A stretch of 64,000 nucleotides of DNA from Candidatus Shapirobacteria bacterium (GTDB taxonomy: Bacteria; Patescibacteriota; Microgenomatia; UBA12405), in the NCBI GenBank assembly GCA_041659325.1, contig JBAZYN010000001.1, positions 3,098 through 67,097 on the forward strand, given 5' to 3'. A program made the position numbers and the translations under genes. This document shows, piece by piece, positions 27,670 through 36,670 of this stretch. The notes beneath the pieces are model-generated. The model worked only from the letters and a program-made list of their open reading frames with translations, was not told the origin of the DNA and made no database searches. Every line of letters starts with the position of its first letter. Within the stretch, counting starts at the first letter, position 1.

Positions 27670-28554
27670 ATGATAAACTGGCTAAAGAAAAATTGGGCAT
27701 TGGCTATTCTTATTATTATTGTTTTGAGTTTTCTAAAAGAGCGATTTTTGGGCTCAGGAAATCTTTCTCTTCGTAATTCTGCCTCATATGACATGGCTAT
27801 GGGAGGTGTTGCCCCCGCCCCAGCCGCCAAAATATCATCCCTGTCAAGCCGCACTGATTTTGTCCCTGAGTCAATTGCTCCCTCCGATGCGGTTGACCGC
27901 ATGGTTATACAAGATACTAGCTTATCGCTTGTTGTAAAGGATGTGTCTACTGTAATTTCTCAAATCGAAACCGCCGCCAAAGGTTTTGGGGGCTATCTTG
28001 TTAACTCTTATCTGTCAAAACCTGAAGCCGCCGCAAGCGGCAACATAGTTATTCGTGTCCCCGAGGGAAAACGCACCGAAGCTCTAAGCGCCTTAAAAGG
28101 ATTTGCTATCAAAGTCGTTTCCGAATCAGTCTCCGGCACCGATGTTACCGACGAGTATGTTGACCTTCAGGCCCGTTTGGATATTTTATATAAAACCAAG
28201 GCAAAATTCGACGAAATCTCTGCTAAAGCCTATACGGTAAATGATCTTCTGGAGGTCAATCGTGAGCTAATCAATGTTCAGTCGCAAATTGACTCTATCA
28301 AAGGTCGGCAAAAATATTACGAACAATCTGCAAAACTCAGCAAAATTACCGTCTATCTGTCGACCGATGAAATGTCTCTGCCCTACGCGCCCACCAACGA
28401 ATGGCGCCCGGCCGTCATTTTTAAAGAAGCCGTCAGATCCCTGGTTGGTGCCTTGAGAAATATTGGGACACTCGCCATTTGGCTTGTTGTTTTCTCTCCG
28501 GTAATTATCCCTGCTGTCTTGCTCTATCGGTGGTACAGAAGTAAAAAGAAATGA
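27670..28554 (+). CDS. DUF4349-like membrane protein
   Basis: IRVP...DVTDEYVDLQARL coiled coil; N- and C-terminal TM. Confidence 0.82.
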   Translation: MINWLKKNWALAILIIIVLSFLKERFLGSGNLSLRNSASYDMAMGGVAPAPAAKISSLSSRTDFVPESIAPSDAVDRMVIQDTSLSLVVKDVSTVISQIETAAKGFGGYLVNSYLSKPEAAASGNIVIRVPEGKRTEALSALKGFAIKVVSESVSGTDVTDEYVDLQARLDILYKTKAKFDEISAKAYTVNDLLEVNRELINVQSQIDSIKGRQKYYEQSAKLSKITVYLSTDEMSLPYAPTNEWRPAVIFKEAVRSLVGALRNIGTLAIWLVVFSPVIIPAVLLYRWYRSKKK

Positions 28555-29750
28555 ACCGTCGGGCAATTTTTACGATCTTTACCATCGTCCTCACTGATCT
28601 GATTGGTTTTGGAATAATTATTCCTATCTTGCCAGCTATTAGTCAAAGTATGGGTGTCAGAGGTTTTTGGTTGGGCTTGTTGATATCCTCTTACGCCATT
28701 GCCCAATTTATTTCAGCCCCGATTCTGGGAAATCTATCTGACCGTTACGGCCGCAAACCGATTTTGGTAATCAGCAAACTCGGTACGGTCATTGCTTATA
28801 TAATCTTTGCCTTTTCGAGAAGTTTTTCTGTCCTACTAATTTCCCGCCTGATTGATGGTTTTACCGGGGGGAATATCCCTGCCGCCCGTGCCTATATAAG
28901 TGATATCACCACCAAAGAAAACCGCTCTCGTGGTATGGCAATCATTGGGATTTCTTTCGGGTTAGGCTTTATCATTGGCCCGGCCCTTGGTGGTATTTTT
29001 TTTACAATCGGAAAATCACACACCCTTCCTGCCCTTGTCGGAGCCCTGCTTAGTTTTATTTCTTTGGTACTCACTCAAGTCTTTCTGGATGAATCACACC
29101 GCCTCAGTAAACCGGTTGTTTCCCGTACTTTTTCCATAAAAAACTTTCTAAAAGTGTTTGAAAACAAAACTATCCAGCAGATACTTATAATTCAATTCAT
29201 TATTATGACGGCCACCTCAGGTTTTCAAACCACTATTTCCTTTTTTACGGATAAAATTTTCCGCTACACTCCTCAACAAAATAGCCTCATGTTTGTGTAT
29301 TTCGGGGTACTCGGATTAGTAGTTCAGGGCTATCTTGCCAGCCGTCGTGGACCAAATGTTCACAGGATGATAAAAATTGGAATTATCGTTAATGCTGCCG
29401 GTATTATTTTTCTCTCTCTTAGCCCCACCTCCTCGCTATTTCTAGCTTCAATTGCCTTAACCTCGGCCGGTGGTGGTTTAATCGGGGTATTTTTACCGAC
29501 TCTACTTTCAACTGTCGACAGCAAAGATCCGGAAGGGGAAGTTATGGGTGCATATGAGGGTATTGGCAGCCTTGGTAGAGTCATTGGTCCGGCCATTATC
29601 GGCAGTCTTATTGTAATTTTTCCCAGGCAAATTTATTTCACTTGCGGAATAGCAGTTCTTGCTACTATATTCTTTCTAAAAAAAATTAACCTAAAACCGC
29701 AATATTCCAAACCCTATCAAGGCAGTCACGATCAGATATATTCCGATTAG
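28551..29750 (+). CDS. MFS transporter, TetA/DHA1-like
   Basis: GNLSDRYGRKP motif A; GFIIGPALGG motif C; ~12 TM. Confidence 0.92.
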   Translation: MNRRAIFTIFTIVLTDLIGFGIIIPILPAISQSMGVRGFWLGLLISSYAIAQFISAPILGNLSDRYGRKPILVISKLGTVIAYIIFAFSRSFSVLLISRLIDGFTGGNIPAARAYISDITTKENRSRGMAIIGISFGLGFIIGPALGGIFFTIGKSHTLPALVGALLSFISLVLTQVFLDESHRLSKPVVSRTFSIKNFLKVFENKTIQQILIIQFIIMTATSGFQTTISFFTDKIFRYTPQQNSLMFVYFGVLGLVVQGYLASRRGPNVHRMIKIGIIVNAAGIIFLSLSPTSSLFLASIALTSAGGGLIGVFLPTLLSTVDSKDPEGEVMGAYEGIGSLGRVIGPAIIGSLIVIFPRQIYFTCGIAVLATIFFLKKINLKPQYSKPYQGSHDQIYSD

Positions 29751-29831
29751 TGTCGACAACAACTTCGGGTTCAAAAGAATCAAAATCCCAAATATTAAAG
29801 ACATTATCGGGCTTAAATTTTTTAGTATCAT
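29691..29831 (-). CDS. DUF3096-like small membrane protein (46 aa), not in ORF track
   Basis: MILKNLSPIMSLIFGILILLNPKLLSTLIGIYLIVTALIGFGILRF*; overlaps the MFS 3' end by 60 nt. Confidence 0.65.
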   Translation of the reverse strand: MILKNLSPIMSLIFGILILLNPKLLSTLIGIYLIVTALIGFGILRF

Positions 29832-29904
29832 AAAAAATAATATCACTTCCTTGACATTTTTGTCCAATATTTATATCCTTTCAATACCCAAACAAAACCC
29901 AAAT

Positions 29905-31092
29905 ATGACTCTTTCCCAACCACTGGCTTCAATTCTTCGACCCAAAAATCTCGCCGAATTTATTGGTCAGTCACACCTTGTCGGTCCCGGCAAGCCGCTT
30001 CGTTTAGCCATAGAAACTCGTCAGCTTTTTTCTATGATTTTTTGGGGGCCGCCGGGGGTGGGAAAAACTACCTTAGCCCGGATTATTGCCAAAGAATGCG
30101 GGGTTGAAATATACGATCTTTCCGCCGTATCAGCCGGTAAAGACGACATCAAAAAAATCATCGGTTCTTCGGCTCCGGACCTTTATCAAAAAGTATTGTT
30201 TCTTGATGAAATTCATCGTTTCAACAAAGCTCAACAGGATTTCCTTCTGCCCTACGTCGAAAGTGGCAAGTTAACCCTGATCGGCGCCACCACCGAAAAT
30301 CCCAGTTTTGAAATTATTTCTCCTCTCCTTTCTCGTTGTCGTGTTTTTGTTTTAAAGGAACTTTCTGCCGATGAAATGAATCAAATAATTGAACGGGCCC
30401 TGCCCGTCATTGCGAGGAGCTCCGCAACGAAGCAATCTATAAAAATTAACCCTCCCACTCGTGAATGGCTGATCAACATGGCCAATGGTGATGCCCGTCA
30501 ATGCCTAACCATGATTGATAATGCCTTCACCCTTTATGGCAAATTAACCATCGATACCCTAAAATCTACTCTGCAAAATTCTTATCTCCGTTTCGACAAA
30601 AAAGGCGAGGAGCACTACAACACCATTTCCGCCTTTATAAAATCTATGCGGGCCTCAAACGTTGATGCCGCGGTTTATTATTTAGCCCGGATGATTGAAG
30701 CCGGTGAAGACCCAAAATTTATTGCCCGCCGCATGGTTATCTTTGCCTCCGAAGATATTGGTATTACCAACTCCTCGGCTCTAATGTTGGCCAATCAGGT
30801 CTTTCAATCAGTTACCTTAATTGGCTACCCAGAATGCGCTATTAATTTAGTCCATGGTGTAGTTTATTTGGCCAAATCCGCCAAAAATAGATCAGCCTAC
30901 GATGCCCTCCGCTCCGCCCAAACAGACGTCAGACAGTTGGGTAATCTGCCGATTCCCCTCGAACTCCGCAATGCCGAAACCAAGTTAATGGAAGATTTAG
31001 GTTATGGCAAAGGCTACGAAAAATATTCTCAAAAAGATCTGCTTCCTGATAAACTAAAAGGTAAAAAATATTTTAAAGATTTAAAAAAATAA
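29905..31092 (+). CDS. rarA: Replication-associated recombination protein A (MgsA/RarA)
   Basis: [44 protein letters not shown]. Confidence 0.96.
   Translation: MTLSQPLASILRPKNLAEFIGQSHLVGPGKPLRLAIETRQLFSMIFWGPPGVGKTTLARIIAKECGVEIYDLSAVSAGKDDIKKIIGSSAPDLYQKVLFLDEIHRFNKAQQDFLLPYVESGKLTLIGATTENPSFEIISPLLSRCRVFVLKELSADEMNQIIERALPVIARSSATKQSIKINPPTREWLINMANGDARQCLTMIDNAFTLYGKLTIDTLKSTLQNSYLRFDKKGEEHYNTISAFIKSMRASNVDAAVYYLARMIEAGEDPKFIARRMVIFASEDIGITNSSALMLANQVFQSVTLIGYPECAINLVHGVVYLAKSAKNRSAYDALRSAQTDVRQLGNLPIPLELRNAETKLMEDLGYGKGYEKYSQKDLLPDKLKGKKYFKDLKK
30403..30438 (+). repeat. REP/RPE-like element inserted in-frame in rarA
   Basis: cccgtcattgcgaggagctccgcaacgaagcaatct encoding [12 protein letters not shown]. 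Confidence 0.6.
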
Positions 31093-31098
31093 TCCAAT

Positions 31099-31488
31099 AT
31101 GAAAACAATACTTGTGGATGCAGTTGGGACTTTTGTTATTGAAGGTGAGGGTGTCAATCAGCCAATGTTTGAACTACTCGAAAAATATCCGAACAAGAAA
31201 ATAATTTTAACCAATGCCAATGATGAGCAGCTAGTCCCATTCAGCTTAGTTAATCTTCCTTATGAAATGTTTACTATGAAACACAACCCAGATAAGGTTG
31301 AGCCGGTATATTTCGAGACCATGTTAAAACAATATAATCTAACCGCGGACGATGTGATTTATTTTGAGCACAATCCAGATGCAGTCAAAAGCGCTGGGTC
31401 TGTTGGTATAAAATCGTATTTTTATGACTCGGAGAAAAAAGATTTAGATGGATTAAAATTTTTTCTTGATAACAATGGAGGAAATTGA
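31099..31488 (+). CDS. HAD-superfamily-like protein (capless)
   Basis: ILVDAVGT, ILTNA, PDK, then YFEH...NPDAVKSA. Confidence 0.75.
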   Translation: MKTILVDAVGTFVIEGEGVNQPMFELLEKYPNKKIILTNANDEQLVPFSLVNLPYEMFTMKHNPDKVEPVYFETMLKQYNLTADDVIYFEHNPDAVKSAGSVGIKSYFYDSEKKDLDGLKFFLDNNGGN

Positions 31489-31966
31489 GCGAAAATTTTT
31501 AGTAAAACAATTACCCGATTTATCCAGTATTCAGGTCGTAAATTATGAACGATATTATCTATTTGTTGGCAATGGTATTGAACTTAGAATACAGAGAAAG
31601 AATCATAAATATGAATTAGAGCGTAAAGTCACTACTGGTGATTTGACTCGCACTGGTAATTCTTGTCCATTGTCTCCTGAAGAGTTTAATTTGCTAAAAC
31701 AATTATCAAGTAAATCAATTATTCGAGATGCTTATCGACTAAGTGAGTCTCCTAATGTATCAATAAAGATTTATCATGGAGATTGTGAGGGTCTAGTTCG
31801 GGCTGAATTTGAATTTGAGTCAGAGATCGAGGCAAAATCATTTATCCCACCTGAATGGTGTGGTGACGAAGTAACAAACACGGCTTTGGGTCGTGACTCT
31901 CGACTCTTGGCATTATCTAGGCAAGATTTATTAAAAGAACTAAAAGTAGTTGAGTCGAAGGTATGA
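31475..31966 (+). CDS. CYTH-domain protein
   Basis: EIERKFLV; LRIQR; EFEF; PEWCGDEVT. Confidence 0.88.
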   Translation: MEEIERKFLVKQLPDLSSIQVVNYERYYLFVGNGIELRIQRKNHKYELERKVTTGDLTRTGNSCPLSPEEFNLLKQLSSKSIIRDAYRLSESPNVSIKIYHGDCEGLVRAEFEFESEIEAKSFIPPEWCGDEVTNTALGRDSRLLALSRQDLLKELKVVESKV

Positions 31967-32616
31967 AACTACTCTTAACTTCTGCCGGATTATCAAATCT
32001 CTCAATAGTCAAAGCCATTGAAAGGTTGTTGGGGAAATCTGCCAAAGGGGTTAAGCTGGCCTTTATCCCCACTGCGGCCAACGTTGAGCCTGGTGATAAA
32101 AGCTGGATGATTGAAGATTTGAACAATTTCCAAAAAACTGGTTTTGAGGTAGATATTGTTGATATTTCAGCTCTACCGAAAGAGATATGGTTGCCAAGAA
32201 TTGAGAAAGTCGATGTATTGGTCTTTAGCGGTGGCAATACTTTTCACCTGATGTACTGGCTAAGAAAATCTGGCTTAAACCAACTGCTCCCAGAACTACT
32301 TAAAAGTAAAGTTTATGTAGGGATTAGTGCAGGCAGTATGGTTGTTTCAAAAAGTATTTTTCTAACCTCTGACAAACCAATTTTTGGTGAAGACAGATTG
32401 GGTGTGGCTGATGACAGAGGTCTGGGTCTTGTCAATTTTTACGTTCGCCCTCATTATAATTCCCCACTTTTTCCAAAGGCAAAAGAAAATGTGATTGCAA
32501 AGTCGGCCAAAACAGTCACCGAGCCAGTTTATGCTCTGGATGATAACGGTGCCATTGAGGTTGCGGACGATAAAATCGAAGTCGTTTCAGAAGGGGAATA
32601 TAAGATATTTAATTAA
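31963..32616 (+). CDS. Peptidase S51 / dipeptidase E family (copy 1)
   Basis: AFIPTA, GGNTF, GISAG, RPHY. Confidence 0.9.
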   Translation: MKLLLTSAGLSNLSIVKAIERLLGKSAKGVKLAFIPTAANVEPGDKSWMIEDLNNFQKTGFEVDIVDISALPKEIWLPRIEKVDVLVFSGGNTFHLMYWLRKSGLNQLLPELLKSKVYVGISAGSMVVSKSIFLTSDKPIFGEDRLGVADDRGLGLVNFYVRPHYNSPLFPKAKENVIAKSAKTVTEPVYALDDNGAIEVADDKIEVVSEGEYKIFN

Positions 32617-33293
32617 TTTTTACTTCTTCTCTCAATCTCTTTGTTCGCCATTTCAATTCTCACATGATACGGTGTACTTCGATATAAAACTGGCCAAAGC
32701 GGGCTGTAATCATCTAGAGGTGGAAAGTGAGCATTTCTGAACTTTTCAGTCACCGTAATCATCCCTTTGGGGTCGGTTATATGACTTACTGCAAATCTGT
32801 CAGCCTCGTACTCACTTCGCATTGCATACTGAATATTAAAAAGTCCCAAAGCAATCCCAATTATAGGAATAATATACAAAGGTAGCTTGCGAACAATAAA
32901 ACAAGAAATTATAAAAAAGGTTATAAAAAATATCAGTTCTTTAATAGTATGGTGTAATTGATAGTGGCCAGTTTCATGAAGAACTACATACTCCTTTTCA
33001 CTGTCGGTAAAATCTTGATTAAGTTGGCTTGATAGCATCATGAATGGTTTATTGGGAATTCCAATCATTACAGCATAAGGTCGAGGGGAGGCAATAATTC
33101 TAAAAGAACTTAGCAATAATCCAGTCTTCGATTGGATTAGGGTGATAAGAGGCGACTCCTTGATTTCTGTCAGTAACTTTTGTTTTTGTCCAATGCCCGT
33201 CAAATATAGGTTTATACCCATCCACTGAGTTACATATCCCATGACCAAAAATAAAAGAAGATAGCGCACCAATGGCTTAAAGCGAGTAAGCAT
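32613..33293 (-). CDS. M48-family zinc metallopeptidase
   Basis: HETGH, EYEAD; start at 33293 supported by TATAAT 6 nt upstream. Confidence 0.82.
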   Translation of the reverse strand: MLTRFKPLVRYLLLFLVMGYVTQWMGINLYLTGIGQKQKLLTEIKESPLITLIQSKTGLLLSSFRIIASPRPYAVMIGIPNKPFMMLSSQLNQDFTDSEKEYVVLHETGHYQLHHTIKELIFFITFFIISCFIVRKLPLYIIPIIGIALGLFNIQYAMRSEYEADRFAVSHITDPKGMITVTEKFRNAHFPPLDDYSPLWPVLYRSTPYHVRIEMANKEIERRSKN

Positions 33294-33388
33294 ATCAAAA
33301 TTATATCCCCATCCGTCAGTTTGAGGTAGAATACCCCTGAACCTTCGATACCACGAAGTAAAAAATATTTTAAAGAAGTGAAAAAATA

Positions 33389-33988
33389 ATGGATAGATTT
33401 GCGGAGAAGTATTCGACAAAATCGTCCCGCCTTTTTAATTACAATTATTCATCTCCGGGAATTTATTTCATCACCATTTGTACTCTACGCCATAACAATT
33501 TTTTTGGAAAAATTATTGACAATAAAATCAAATTTACCAAAATGGGAATAATTGCCAAAGATGAATTGCTAAAAACAATTATAATTCGTGATAATTTAAC
33601 AATTAACCCGTGGGTGATAATGCCCAACCATATTCATTTACTAATCACACTTCCGAACACCCATGTAGAGACGCCCCGCGGGGCGTCTCTACATAAAAAT
33701 CAAATATTTCCGCCAATTATCCCATCGCATAAAAACCACCCGGAATATTTTTCCAGACTAAATGTCAAGTCAAACCAGGAAATCCCAAAATTAATCAATC
33801 AATTTAAATCAAGAGTTACTATAATCTGTAGAGAAAACAAGTTATTTTTTGCCTGGCAACCACGGTATTACGATGAAATTGTGAAAGATCAGGGAAGATT
33901 CAAAAAAATTAAAACTTATATAATTAATAACCCCTTAAATTGGCAAAAAGATAAATATTATTTTAATAATTTAAAAAATAATCTATGA
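33389..33988 (+). mobile_element. REP-associated tyrosine transposase (RAYT, Y1 HUH / IS200-like)
   Basis: RLFNYNYSSPGIYFITICT, MPNHIH (HUH), WQPRYYD, YIINNP. Confidence 0.88.
33663..33694. repeat. Perfect 32-bp GTAG-type palindrome inside the RAYT gene
   Basis: atgtagagacgccccg|cggggcgtctctacat. Confidence 0.9.
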
Positions 33989-34131
33989 AAGAAAGAATAA
34001 TATTTCAAAATTCCCGCTTTAAAATATCATTTGCTTGGTATGATCTTTGGATCGGGCTATTTGTCGATACAAATAAAAAACGGATTTATTTTTGTCCAAT
34101 TCCGACGTTATTATTTACAATTAATTTGTGA
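33985..34131 (+). CDS. Small protein (48 aa), not in ORF track
   Basis: MKERIIFQNSRFKISFAWYDLWIGLFVDTNKKRIYFCPIPTLLFTINL*; ATGA and GTGA overlaps with both neighbours. Confidence 0.65.
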   Translation: MKERIIFQNSRFKISFAWYDLWIGLFVDTNKKRIYFCPIPTLLFTINL

Positions 34132-34733
34132 AGCTCTTTTTAACTTCTACCGGTCTCTCCCCTCAAGTTGCTCCATTCTTTCTAAAGTTAATCTCAAAAC
34201 CACCAAAACAATTCAAAGTTGCTTTTATTCCAACCGCTGCCGATCCTTACGATGATAAATGGTTTATGGAAAAAGATATCCAAACCCTTTCTGATTTTGG
34301 TTTTCCGGTTAACATTGTTGACCTTAAGGCTGATATCACTTTTATCCGCTCTCAGCTTGAAAAAAGTCAAATTATTTTTGTTGGTGGGGGAAATACTTTT
34401 TATTTACTTCACTGGATTCGTCAATCAGGAGTCGATAAATATCTTTCTCAACTTCTGGAAGACCGTTACTATATCGGTGCCAGTGCCGGTAGTGTTTTAG
34501 CCGGTCCCGATATTGCCATATCCGGCTGGGATCCCTCTTGGGATACCAACGACGTTAAGTTGCAAGACACTACCGGTCTCAATCTTGTCCCCTTCGCTGT
34601 TTCTCCCCACTATACCGAAAAACATAAAGAGATCTTAGCTATCAAAAGTCGGGAAGTTAATTACAAAGTTATTCCGATTACTGATACTCAAGCTGTTTAT
34701 TTTAACAATGACAAATACATAATTATTAATTAA
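34128..34733 (+). CDS. Peptidase S51 / dipeptidase E family (copy 2)
   Basis: AFIPTA, GGGNTF, GASAG, SPHY. Confidence 0.9.
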   Translation: MKLFLTSTGLSPQVAPFFLKLISKPPKQFKVAFIPTAADPYDDKWFMEKDIQTLSDFGFPVNIVDLKADITFIRSQLEKSQIIFVGGGNTFYLLHWIRQSGVDKYLSQLLEDRYYIGASAGSVLAGPDIAISGWDPSWDTNDVKLQDTTGLNLVPFAVSPHYTEKHKEILAIKSREVNYKVIPITDTQAVYFNNDKYIIIN

Positions 34734-34740
34734 TTAATCC

Positions 34741-35166
34741 ATGATCGACAAAAATACCGTCTTTCAGTTTATTAAATCTCAGGACCTTTGCATCCTATCT
34801 ACCGCGTCAAAATCCGGCAAAACCGAATCAGCTGTCATGGCTTTCGCTGTCGACGACAACTTTGTTATTTATATGTCTACCGAAAATACTACCCGCAAGT
34901 TTAAAAATATATTAAAAAATAATTTTGTTTCTGTCATCGTCGGTGGTCTTAAAAGCGATCCTTCAGTCCAGCTCGACGGGACCACCATAATATTAACCGA
35001 TACCGAAATTGCCGCGGCCAAAGATTTTATGCTTTCCCTTCACCCTGAACTTAAAGACTATTTCAACACTCCAAACTCAATGTTTTTCACTGTCACTCCC
35101 TCCTGGCTTCGTTATTCCGATTTTTCACAGAATCCACCCGAAGTTATCGAGTTATCTCAATTCTAA
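34741..35166 (+). CDS. Pyridoxamine 5'-phosphate oxidase-like (FMN split barrel) protein
   Basis: LSTAS..G, TRKFKNILKNNFVS pattern. Confidence 0.8.
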   Translation: MIDKNTVFQFIKSQDLCILSTASKSGKTESAVMAFAVDDNFVIYMSTENTTRKFKNILKNNFVSVIVGGLKSDPSVQLDGTTIILTDTEIAAAKDFMLSLHPELKDYFNTPNSMFFTVTPSWLRYSDFSQNPPEVIELSQF

Positions 35167-35206
35167 TAACCAAGTCCGGATACTGGGAGATATCCAGCCT
35201 TGGTGC

Positions 35207-36355
35207 TTAATCTTTCTGCTTCAGCGTCCAGATCGCCACTAATAACAGAATCACTGCCGATATTGTCCACACTTCCTGTGGGGGGAATATTTTGGTTAGC
35301 AATCCCGATATTATCAAACCGCTGGCCGCCCCGATCGTTCCCGATGCACTGCGGAGTGAGTTAACTGTCGACCGGACATGTGGTGCTATGTAGCGGTTGC
35401 TGTAATTAAACACCGCCAACGGCCACATTCCCCGGCCCAATTCATGTAAAAAGAACAAGGTCATAATCACCCATAGATTCACCAAAAAACCTGTTCCTAC
35501 CATTGGCACCCCTATAAGGATTATCGGAATGGCCAATGTCCTCAACCCATCTCTGATCTTTGTCGACAACTTCGCGCCAAGAGCGGAAAATACAGCCACT
35601 CCTATCCACACGCTGCCCATCCACTCCGTTTTACCTCCGGCATCACTAAACACTATTTGCCAAAACATGTTGAAGGGCATCACACAAGCAGATACTAACG
35701 CATACAAAACGACCACTTGTCTTAATTTCTTATCTTTGGCAATAACTTTCGCCATGCTCCACACACTTGGGACGGGTTCACTTGGGTAGTTGTCCGGTTT
35801 TTCCGGTACATTTCGCCCTAAAAACCAGATTAACCCCAAAGCCAGAAACGATGAAATTCCCGCCAAAAGCCACGGCCATTGCAAGCCATATTTAGCCCCA
35901 ATCAACCCTCCGAGTATCGCCGCCGGTATGGTGGCTAGTTTTGCCCAAAGTTGAGCCTTTGCTTGAGTTCTTTTGGTTACCTCTTCGTCTGTGTGATTTC
36001 GTAACCAGCTTTCCAGCGCTTCCGATTGCAGAGCATGCCCGATAGCGCCTATCCCCTCAGCTAGGGCAAACATCCAAATCGTCCGATTTAGCCCGTATAT
36101 CGTCATTCCCACCCCCCAAAAAAATAGTCCCGATAAATAGACTCGTTTTTGTCCGATTCTATCAGCCAGGTTACCCGTAAATGGGTCAAAGATCGTTGAG
36201 GTGGTCATAAAAATCACATTCAGGATATTGACCTGGAGGAGTGTCAGGCCGGTTGCCGTCAGAAACAGCACGTATGTCCCAAAAAACCAGGCACTCGCCG
36301 CTTGCTCCAACACCTTTGCTACCAGAAACAAATTCACAATCCTCTTGTTCATCAT
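35207..36355 (-). CDS. MFS transporter
   Basis: GNLADRIGQK motif A; RSTVNS; strong SD AAAGGAGG before ATG. Confidence 0.9.
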   Translation of the reverse strand: MMNKRIVNLFLVAKVLEQAASAWFFGTYVLFLTATGLTLLQVNILNVIFMTTSTIFDPFTGNLADRIGQKRVYLSGLFFWGVGMTIYGLNRTIWMFALAEGIGAIGHALQSEALESWLRNHTDEEVTKRTQAKAQLWAKLATIPAAILGGLIGAKYGLQWPWLLAGISSFLALGLIWFLGRNVPEKPDNYPSEPVPSVWSMAKVIAKDKKLRQVVVLYALVSACVMPFNMFWQIVFSDAGGKTEWMGSVWIGVAVFSALGAKLSTKIRDGLRTLAIPIILIGVPMVGTGFLVNLWVIMTLFFLHELGRGMWPLAVFNYSNRYIAPHVRSTVNSLRSASGTIGAASGLIISGLLTKIFPPQEVWTISAVILLLVAIWTLKQKD

Positions 36356-36441
36356 TGCCTCCTTTGAACTTAAATTTTTAACGTACCGACCTAAACTGCT
36401 CCCAGTCTTGTTAAGTCGGTTAAACTTCCGAAAAGATCACT

Positions 36442-36465
36442 AAAAAAGCCTCCTTTCGGAGGCTT
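36442..36465 (-). terminator. Attenuator terminator in the MFS 5' leader
   Basis: Minus strand aagcctcc-gaaa-ggaggc-tttttt, ~90 nt upstream of the MFS start. Confidence 0.8.
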
Positions 36466-36488
36466 ATCTGATTTAATAAAATGTTTAT

Positions 36489-36605
36489 TTAAAAGTTAGA
36501 TGTTACCTCCATGTTGGTTTCAGGGTAAATAGACCAAAGCATTACCCCGCCGTTTTTACCGGTTTCCGCCACAACAGGTGTAAAATAACATCTGTAATTT
36601 TTCAT
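36489..36605 (-). CDS. Putative leader peptide (38 aa) of the MFS attenuator
   Basis: MKNYRCYFTPVVAETGKNGGVMLWSIYPETNMEVTSNF*; last codons overlap the antiterminator arm. Confidence 0.55.
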   Translation of the reverse strand: MKNYRCYFTPVVAETGKNGGVMLWSIYPETNMEVTSNF

Positions 36606-36670
36606 AACCCAAACATATTACACCTTATAGGATATATTTGTAAAGTACCCAAATTCGCTATAATGTTTCT

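Noticed and set aside
33389-33988. Complete IS200/IS605 element with tnpB
   Set aside because: No tnpB or subterminal hairpin ends seen; motifs fit a RAYT
36385-36465. Known riboswitch or T-box in the MFS leader
   Set aside because: No recognisable aptamer or T-box consensus; a uORF plus antiterminator explains the layout better
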